The notes under the pieces are model-generated. The model was given only the letters and a program-made list of their open reading frames with translations, was not told where the DNA came from and ran no database searches. Made by a program: the position numbers and the translations under genes. Positions 27,644 to 36,986 of a stretch of DNA of 64,000 nucleotides are shown in pieces. Each line of letters begins with the position of its first letter. The first letter of the stretch is position 1. The DNA is from Phoronis australis (lineage: Eukaryota; Animalia; Phoronida): contig NMRA01000023.1 in NCBI GenBank assembly GCA_002633005.1, forward strand, positions 1,692,601-1,756,600, read 5' to 3'.

Positions 27644-27786
27644 GCGCTAGTGGACGTCGTAGACTCAGAAACGTGCATGAAACATCTGCTGCCCTTGGTG
27701 ACTCAGCTGGCCGGCGACAATGTGGCCAACGTACGGTTCAACGTAGCCCGCACCATTCAGCTGCTAGGACCGCTCTGTGACGCAAG
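27644..27786 (+). CDS. PPP2R1A: PP2A A subunit exon 14a (mutually exclusive variant A)
   Basis: 143 nt, phase 0 to 2; ALVDVVDSETCMKHLLPLVTQLAGDNVANVRFNVARTIQLLGPLCDA(S); ggcag acceptor, gtgtgc donor. Confidence 0.9.
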
Positions 27787-28182
27787 GTGTGCTTATAGTG
27801 ATGTCGCTGCCTCTGCAGCTGGTGTTGGGCTTGAATTGGGTGTGCAGTAGATGGCTGGGCTTTATCTTGTGTTGGTGGTTATCTGACGCTTTGTTTCACC
27901 ATTTAGTTTGAATGATGGGTACATTTGCACCCCAAGAAAAATTGTCATTGTGTTCAATGTCAGTTTTGACATTGTGGGTCTGAAAACTACAATCGACTCG
28001 AGACTAAAGCCCATGCCCTATAGCGGTGTTTGTTCACACACGCACACACTGTCTGCCTTGTTCTCTACCTGAATGGTGATAGTGGTAACGGCAGTCCCTG
28101 CACAGCCTGTGTGAACAAACCGCATGCGTGTCGTGTCAGTTTAAGACATGTCACCCAGGTGTGTGCCTTCTCTCTCCCATAG

Positions 28183-28325
28183 GTGATTGCGCAGTCGCTC
28201 AGTGCCGACACGGTCAAAAAGGTGCTGCTGCCAGTCATCGTGCAACTAGCCACCGACCCTGTGGCCAACGTCCGCTTCAATGTTGCCAAGACACTGCAGA
28301 GACTGGCGCCTCTGTTCCCAGAGAG
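28183..28325 (+). CDS. PPP2R1A: PP2A A subunit exon 14b (mutually exclusive variant B)
   Basis: 143 nt, phase 0 to 2; VIAQSLSADTVKKVLLPVIVQLATDPVANVRFNVAKTLQRLAPLFPE(S); polypyrimidine tract with catag acceptor, gtaggc donor. Confidence 0.9.
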
Positions 28326-28889
28326 GTAGGCGGGGCAGCCCCACTCACTTAACTGGTGGGAGGGGCATGCCCCTCTGTTGCCGTGCCCGCCAATAGGTGG
28401 CCTTTCTGTCAGTGGGCATCAATGTGCTGACTCTGCACGAGTTTCATGGATGGTCACCTGTTGATGTTACTTTTGCATATTTTTGCCATTATGTTCAGTA
28501 GTTTTGTTGATCAGATAACGGACTGTTTATTATGTTCCCACATGTACATATGTGGGTGCATATTGCTTTCATATGTGGCTGCATATTGCTGTCATATGTG
28601 GCTGCATATTGCTGTCATCTCTGTCTGGGCTTCCTGTGCTGTAACTCCAAAACCATCAGGACAATCGTCATGAAACTTGACGTATGTATTCCTGCAGTGA
28701 CAATAAATGATGAGGTCCTTGTGGACAGACCTGACTACCTCACGCTCCCAATAGCACTTCTACTATTCTACGTTTGGACAGACCCGACTACCACACGCCC
28801 CCCAATAGCACTTTTAGCATTCTACGTTTGGACAGAATTGACCACCACATGCCCCTCAATAGCACTTTTAGCATTCTACGTCAAACTTT

Positions 28890-29385
28890 TTCAGTGCCAC
28901 CTGGTGGAAATTTCATGCTTCTCTACTTTGTTTTGTGACATCAGCCCTTCCTACCGCTCAAAAGGATCATTACGAGAATTGGCGGATATGTTCATACTGA
29001 CAAATTTATGACCAAGATTTTAATAGGGGTCTGACTACTGTAGTGCCCTCTAGTGGCTAGTTATTATTTTTTCCATCCACGGCTGTATTACCTCAATAAA
29101 CCCTTGTGGGATCCATGTGAAATATGACAGATGGCGACTTACTTTGGATGGATATGACTATCGCTGTGCCTCCTAGAAACAATTTTATTTTGTTTACTCT
29201 TGTTTCTGTATTGTAAGGAGTTCTTGGAGGGATTTATATAAAATTTCGCAAATAGACTACCGCTTCCAATTTTCAGCCAGGCTCAACATACTGCGTCGCC
29301 TAGTTATTTGTATGATACTCCGGTAACAAACAGTCCTAGATGCATAACGTTTGCGGTTCAGTCGTGGGCGCATTTCTTGTTTTTG
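28890..29385 (+). mobile_element. Partial, diverged member of the HINE-like repeat family
   Basis: gtgccacctggtgg and gtgccctctagtggc motifs; 3' end gtgggcgcatttcttgtttt. Confidence 0.5.
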
Positions 29386-31342
29386 TTAAATGATATAGAC
29401 TAATAGTAGTACTCAATTGAATTTGCAAAATTCTGTTTACATTATTGTTTTACCTCAAGGGTCGTTATACGGAAATATACTAGGCTCTTGGAAAGAGATT
29501 TCAAAAGGAAATTTCTGTCCTCTCCAAATTTTGTAGGCATAAGACAATTAGAATTGGAAAGTGTTTGAAGTGATGGGTCTACATTAAGTAATAAATTCAA
29601 TTGCTTTTGTTTCACAAAATTGGTTTCATTTGAGTAAAAGTTTTTTCATGTTAACCTCAATATAATTATTGCAGGAGTAGATGTGCCCGCCCCATTTTTA
29701 TTCAGATAGTCGGTGGCTATGTTCTTTTTCTGCCTATGACATATCTCTCAAATGATGAATCACTCTTTCATTAGCTGGGCTTCTCACACTGTGCGCTGTT
29801 AGCCTAGCTTTTGTAAAAATGCCTGTGCCGTGTATGTGTGGGTCCCAGTCAAAGGACATTGACTGAACGTATATAATAAACTCATAATGGTTACAAACCC
29901 AAATTCCATCAACAAAATAATTATTGATTTAGACCACTTAACATTATGAAATCGGTCTCCTTTGTCAACTTGGGTGTCATATCTGGGCTGGCAAAGCACT
30001 GAAAACTTGTTATTGATCAAGACCAAGTTGTACAAGTTTACTTGTCGGGGGCATGATCTTGAGGAATAACAAAATGTCTCTTTGAAAACCCAAAAATCAC
30101 TAAGGAACAGGTCAAGACCTATTTTATAGTTGTGACTGATCTAAAAATAATGTTCTTTTGTTGTATGGAATCCAAGGTTGTTGCCATTAGTAAATTTGTT
30201 ATTCCTTGCTCGTCAAACTTGGCTTGATGCCAATTAGGAACCCAGAAATGAACTTAATTTCTTAGAATGAGTCCTTGAAAAATTTTTCTTGTTTCTGTGC
30301 TTGGCACAATTAACACGCCGTTTAACTGAGCACTGGCGTTGTTTACAACCCACTGCTTTGATGAGTATTAATAGAAACTGTGGCCTTGCCTCATAGCTAG
30401 CTATGGTTTCTCAAAATGTATACGTGTAGTATGGGGACTAGAAGTATGTGCTGTAGCCAGGGTCGCACTCGTGAGTAAAGCTTGTGTGGTCAAGTGCTTC
30501 ACTTGTTATTCAAGGCCACGTTTCTCAAAGACTTGCCTGATCTTGTTTTTCTTGCAAGAAATTTCTGTACGAAATGCAAATGTGTCCTTAGGCAGTCCAC
30601 AGACGTTCTCGCCAACAATGCTCTTCAGCCTTGATGTTTTCATTTCTTTCCTCATGAATCGCAGTTGTACCCGATTGTAGTTCAGGTGATTTCATCTATG
30701 GTGCTGCTGTTTTTTATATTTTTGTCGTCTTGTACACATCTGGTGAACACTAAGTGTCACTTAAAAGCACAGGATCTCTGCAACACGCTTTATTGTGAGT
30801 ACCACTAAGAAAGTATCGTACAAACATAAAACGCTGAAACTGAGCCTCATATTGCATTTCACTGAATTAGATTAGAGAATGATTTGCACGAAAACGTCTT
30901 CAAATATCTGCCATTTCTTCACGCTGAAATCAAATCTTACTACTGAAACACAAATTATAAATCAGTTTACACATCACAAATTATTTGTGATGTCCTCTGA
31001 AGCTGACACAATGCACTTAAAAATGATAGCTGTACTGTAAATGAAGTCCCTCCAATTGACAGATGTATGTATGTATGGATACTTACTGTCGGTACTTGTG
31101 GTCCTTGACCATGAGAAAAGAAAACTTGTTAAAAAAGACCTGTATTGATGACAGAGGTAGCCTGTGAATGAGGACCCCTGTGTGGTTGTGAGGTAGGGAG
31201 CTCACTGTGTACAACACTCACCTAGATTTGGGGGGGGGAGTTAGGAAGCTGTGGCCATAGGCTATCCATTCCTCTGTTCACGTCACAATCACCTGTTGTC
31301 TGGTGTTGTGTTAACTCATGACATTCTTTTGTTTGTCCATAG

Positions 31343-31434
31343 TACAATTAACGGTCAGATCAAGCAAGTATTGGACAAGTTAAAGCAGGACTCTGATACG
31401 GACGTCAAGTACTATGCGGAGGAGGCCATGGACA
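31343..31434 (+). CDS. PPP2R1A: PP2A A subunit exon 15
   Basis: (S)TINGQIKQVLDKLKQDSDTDVKYYAEEAMD; catag acceptor, gtatgt donor. Confidence 0.95.
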
Positions 31435-31936
31435 GTATGTATACACTTGCTACACTACAAGACAAAAGTAATGCAACAAAATATCATTTTTTATGGTGAC
31501 CACAAATTCTGTTGACATAAAAACATTATGGGTAATAACTGTTAAGACGGCAAAATTTTTGTTAATTTCTCTTCCTTGTCAGTCATCAGAGAAGACTTCT
31601 CTGACACTGACTTCAGCTTCCGCCTTACTGTCATGTCTGAAACTCCGATTCATTTTGTCCTGTACTGTATGTTGTCCACCTGATGTATTGGTGTTCAGTG
31701 TGTAGCAGTCGTGCAGGCTTGATGAAGTGCCTGCCAATGTTGCACTAAAGCTGATTTCTTGTTTTTTGACCTAGTATCGTCTGAAGTAGTCTTTCAGTGG
31801 TATTGCACTGCCTAAAAGTAAAACTTGGAAAGCAGTCTTTTTAGATTGTCTTGCTAAATATTTATGTGAATCAAAGATGGTGCTTTAGTGTGCCAGCTTG
31901 TTACTGTGTCTGACATGTTTCTGTTGTTTCTTACAG

Positions 31937-31956
31937 GTATGAAGTTAAGTACGTGA
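31937..31956 (+). CDS. PPP2R1A: PP2A A subunit last coding exon
   Basis: tttcttacag acceptor; (S)MKLST then TGA; AATAAA about 230 nt downstream. Confidence 0.8.
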
Positions 31957-32188
31957 AATGTAAATCGTCCTTACAAAGTTATCCATGTCGTATATTGGAT
32001 AGATACAGAACTCTGCCTTAGAAGTCTTCTCTGAGCGTCTCTTGACCAGCTGGCAGTTAATAAGAAAAAGAGGAGAACATTAAGTCCCGTCAGGGCACCT
32101 GAACTGTTAGGGTGAATTCACTGGATAATGGTTCTCTCAAAATTGTAACACCGTTTGTTTATTGTAATATTTTGTGTATGTAGTAGTG

Positions 32189-32194
32189 AATAAA
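32189..32194 (+). terminator. Candidate polyadenylation signal for PP2A-A
   Basis: AATAAA preceded by TGTA motifs and followed by GT-rich sequence. Confidence 0.55.
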
Positions 32195-32489
32195 TAATGT
32201 ACTGTGGACGTGGTTAGACTTTGAATTCCCATTTTTGGAGTAAGCCTCGGAGATTTAATGTTTTGGAAAATTTGTGCACTCTGTGGAGTGCCTAAACATT
32301 TGCTGGCAATTGTGCCTTTCGCATTTGCCTATGTCTGAAGTAGGCCCATGCCCCTAAACTTTTACTTGTCACACCATGTTCATAAGTGTTTGAATTCGGT
32401 TACCAACAGTTTTGGTAAGATGCAAGTGGCTGTCTCTCCAACGTGTTTTAAAGTGGGCGGTTTTTGCTTCTCTTGTCAGTTTCTGGTGA

Positions 32490-33780
32490 TTTTTATGTGC
32501 CCACATATTTATATGTAGACGCATTATGCTGTCATCTCTGTCTGGCGTCCGCTGCTCTATCTCCAAAACACCTTGACGTATGTTCCTTTTAATTTTGCAC
32601 ATGTGAGCGAACTTTCGGACGGATCCGACTGCTGGTGTGGCCCCTAGTGGCAATTTTAGTTTTTTACGTTTACCTTTGTATCTTCTAAAGTCCTGAATGG
32701 ATTTTCATAAAATTTGGTAAATAGCACCTGTTAGCAAGATGACGCTATCCTCTTGTTTTCGGAGGGATTCTACGTATTTTGCGCCACCTAGTAGCCATTT
32801 GTACTGTTTGGTATACAGGCATCTGTTAATGAGTTGACGATATCTCTCCATTTTCATATGAATTCGACCTAATTTGCGCCATCTAGTGGTCATTTTTACT
32901 GTATTTGAGTCTGTATTTGGCGTCCACTCGTTTATCAACCAAACCGCTTTCAGGATAATTGTGAAAATTGGCACGCATGTTTTTACTTTGAAGTGGACGG
33001 CCGACTGTGATTTTCCGACGAGTTTGACTACTGTGGCGCCTCCTAGTAGCAGTTTTTTTTTTGCCCTCATGGCTGTATCTCCTAAACCGTTTACAGGATC
33101 TTTACTTAATTTAGCAAGTGTACTTATGTGGTGTTGACAACGGACGACGACGACTTACGGACGGATTTGACCACTGGTGTGCCCCTTAGTGGCAATTTTA
33201 GCTGTTTACGTTTACCAGTCTGTATCTTCAAAGGTACTCAACAGATTTTCATAAAATTCTGAATATAGGCATGACGTTATCATCCTGTTTTGAATGGAAT
33301 CTAGGTATTTTGCGCCACCTAGTGGCCGTTTTTTGCGTTTTCAAATCATTCTGGGGATGGTTTTGAATATTTGCGTATATGTTTTCAGTGTGAAGAGGAC
33401 GTTGATGGCGGCTGACTTCTGTAGCGCCTCCTAGTGGTAGTTTTGTTTTGTTTTGTTTTGTTTGCCCCCATAGCTGTCTCCAAAACCCACTGCAAGATCT
33501 TTTTTAAATTTAGTAAGTGGATTTACATGAAGATAGCAGACGACTTTTCAGGCGGATCGAACGGTCGGTGTGCCTACAAGTGGCAATTTCGTTTTCTTCT
33601 GTTTTCCTTTGTTTCTCTGAAGTTCCTTGACAGATTTTTATGAAGTATGGCATATGCCCGTTTTAGATGGATTGTACGTTTTTGCGCTAGCTAGTGGCCA
33701 TTTTTATGATACAAATAAATAACCCTACGAGCACACCATGCATTCGTTGGTGCATTTCAACGCTCCATGTTGCTCTTGTT
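32490..33780 (+). mobile_element. HINE-like repeat, copy 2 (uninterrupted)
   Basis: Colinear homology with 13673-15419; about 9 degenerate GCGCCNCCTAGTGG motifs. Confidence 0.65.
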
Positions 33781-34519
33781 TAATTCTTAGTTTAATAGTA
33801 CAACTACTGTAACCTCTGCAGCTTTGCCAGGGATTTGTCCAGTTCACTTGCATATTTGAAAGACTTGCTCCGACCCAGTTCTTACTAAGTGTTGCATAGA
33901 GACACGTGCACATATTTCTTCGTAAAGGAGTAGTTTCACATGAAGTGTTAGGAGTCTAAATAGGCCCATATACGATGGGACACAGTTTGGGTCTGCTTGT
34001 CTATTGAAATTATTTGCTGGATATTAAGGGCATTAAATCTGTGCTCTTGTGATGCAAAGAGTGATTCTCCGACTATCTGGGTGTTCTGTAATGCTCCATT
34101 CTAAGAGACAGTCATTACATCATTTAGGACTATCGACTGCGTGTACATATCAAACTGACCTGGTTTTCTGAGCAACTGGCAAGGTTTGTATGAGCCAATT
34201 CCCATGTGTACGCTCGTGTTGATTTCTGAATTAACCCTACTTTTAACCCGTGTCCTGTCGAAAAATAAAGTTGATTTACACTTATTGCGCGAAAAGGAAG
34301 TGTTACAATTTGTTTCTCTGGGCTTGAAAATCATGAACTTGTAGCTGGTTAATGCTTCAGACGTATGCTTGGCGCGTACAATGAAGAACCGTGTTCAACC
34401 TGTTAGGCATGCTCTCGAACAGTGACGCACTGTCTTTTTTTCAAAACCCATCCGTCACCTAGCATTAGGCCCTATTCATGCAGTAACGACAAAGAAAAAA
34501 TTGGTGAAATTTACCCCTG

Positions 34520-34728
34520 GGCCCGGTTGCATGAAACAGTCCCAAATAGGGACTCGACTACCGGGATCAATTTTTAGTTACGTTATTAGAAAATGTCGTT
34601 GGTCAAAGAAGAGCACATAATAAAGATGAAATTACAGAAGATCACATCTGTGAGTATAGAAAGCCACAAATAGGCAAAAGATTTAGGAAACTTAGTTGAG
34701 TCCCTATTTGGGACTGTTTCATGCCACC
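34520..34728. mobile_element. MITE with long TIRs (Harbinger-like GGCCCGG end)
   Basis: ggttgcatgaaacagtcccaaatagggactcgacta vs tagttgagtccctatttgggactgtttcatgccacc. Confidence 0.7.
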
Positions 34729-36513
34729 AATCACTAGACTCCCAAGAGATGTCACGAGGAACTAAATCTGTAATTTCATTGCTTTTTTATTCAAAAATTG
34801 ATCTAGGTTAAAATAACAAACACCAAAACAACATTAAAACCTTACAAAGTATCCTTAAAATTATAAAAATTGAGTACATTAGGTGATAGTCTACTTAAAG
34901 TGGCATTAAACCTGCTATCCGTCGAAGAAACTAAGTTTTGATTCAGATCACTTATCGCGATATGTCTCAACATGTTCTTACTGTGATGAGAAATGATTTC
35001 TTTGTCATGCAAAGCGATAGTGCGTTATTCCTTCTGGCCACGGTCGGGGAATGACACGCCGTAACGGGTCAACGTGTAGAGTCTCGTCTTGAGCAATAGT
35101 AAACTGCCAGTTCTTTCCAAGCACAGAAGCAGCACATATTTTTACTAAGGAATAATTTGAGACCAATTTCATAACGGTGAGTGGTCTAAAGCAGAAATTG
35201 ATTTTTTTTACGTAAAGCAGATTTATACTGTCGGCACCTTTAACTGAGACTTGCGTAGAAAGAAAGTCTTCATTAGTTGCCTTATACAGCGATGTAAATA
35301 GCTTTGTTTTCGTGTGGAATACATCTTGTATTTATTTTTAATGAAGTGGTTATTAGCGTCACTAAACTCAAAGGATCACACTTTTGACCTGTGAAGTTCC
35401 AGCTTCGTGTGTTAGAACCGACTTCACTAACTTGATAGTTTGGCGTTTTAGACCTGATATAGTTATTATGATGCTTAATTTCTTTGCTTTTAAAGCGGCT
35501 TCAAACCCGCCTTCCGTTTTGACTGGTCTCCAACTTATTCATTACTCGGATCAGAGTTAACTTTAAGTTTGGGAACATCAGACACTTCGTTATTACGATA
35601 CTTCTCCACTGATCTAGTGAAATACCGTTTTGTAAAATTACTCCACAAAAATAAAGATGAACAAAGTTTTAGTTTATAATCAGCCTGGTTTGTACAGTCC
35701 ACATACCATAACACAACTTATACTAAATTTTCCGTTTTCAAAATAAAAAAGGAAAAATGATAATTTGGTCATTTTTGTGCTAAATAAGTGGAGATTTCAT
35801 GAGAACAGACTCAACTGGGTCATTAGTTATAACCTCGAAGATAAAATCTTGCCGAATTGTAAGTTCTTTCCATTTCCAGAACTTGATCACTTCTCACCTG
35901 ATAAACTATCAACCAAAGACTAGTCCTGCGTTTCGGTTTGTAATGCAGTTTCTTAAATCCACGGCACGCAACGGCATGGTGATTCCACAATATTTGTTTG
36001 CGCACAAAGTACTGTGGCATTCATTTTCAATAAACTTTACCGAGAGGGAGACTTATGATTTACCTTACGACTAGATCAACAAATTGAACGGGTATAGTCT
36101 CGATTACTCGATATTTTTTTGCTGACGGAGGGGCCAAATTCAGTGGAATCCCCCGTAACATAAAGTCTAAAACAGAAAGTAGTTTCTTTTGCGGAAGGCA
36201 GGCTTATAGCAGCTTTAACCTTTCAACTATTATTTACAACACAAAAACAACAACGTGGCGCCATACAATTGACGGGATAAATAGTTGGACAGGACAGAGT
36301 CAAGTGACACGTGTTCATTGTCGTGACAGAACACCTGATTTTGGCAAACTCCCCATCGATTATAAATATATCTAGTAACAGGCATTAGCATCACATAACA
36401 AAGTGTCTCATGACGGATCTTTCAAGGCAATTCTTTGGTTTGTTCAAGAGTTAACTCTTTTATTGTTTCTCAGTCTCTTACGAGGTTCGTGCACGATGAC
36501 AAGGGTCCATTAC

Positions 36514-36986
36514 TCACGCCTTGTTCTTTTTCCCGCCTTTTTTTCCGCCCTTTTTCCCACCCTTCTTCGACCGTGATTTCCGCTTATTTTTCCTTTCGTT
36601 TTTCTTGTCGCCGCCTTTCGTCGTACCATCGACCATTGTCTCGTCCAAAGCCTCTACGCCACCCTCGCAAAGGTTCTTTTTCTTTAATTTCCTTAAAGCT
36701 TTGCGAAGATTTTTAAATAATGTCGGGTTCTTTTTCTTCTTGGGCCACAAGACGGCGTACGTGGCTACTATTCGATCGCCCATCCTTTTACCCATGATCA
36801 CTTGAGTATCACCTTTGCTCACTCGTTTGCACTCGCACCCCGGATCTCCGTCTACTACGAGTTTAAATTTTCGCAAGTCTGATTTGGTCAAACTTTTATC
36901 TTTCTTGTAAAACTTCTTCTTTCTCAGCGTGGAAATGACGATGCCCTTGTCTGACGACGTCACGTCTTTCACCTTCACCCGGAGAA
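36514..36986 (-). CDS. SFRP1/2/5: sFRP1/2/5 exon 3 (NTR domain plus basic tail)
   Basis: ttgtag acceptor; VLRVKVKDV...GCEC...VIMG...W...LC then KKGGKKGGKKGGKKNKA and TGA; minus-strand AATAAA at about 36459-36464. Confidence 0.9.

Noticed and set aside
27644-28325. Reading exons 14a and 14b as an extra HEAT repeat included together, or as a haplotype artefact
   Set aside because: 143 nt is not a multiple of 3 and joint inclusion gives an immediate TGA. The copies are about 50% diverged in protein, with unrelated flanks and no gap, so they are not alleles.
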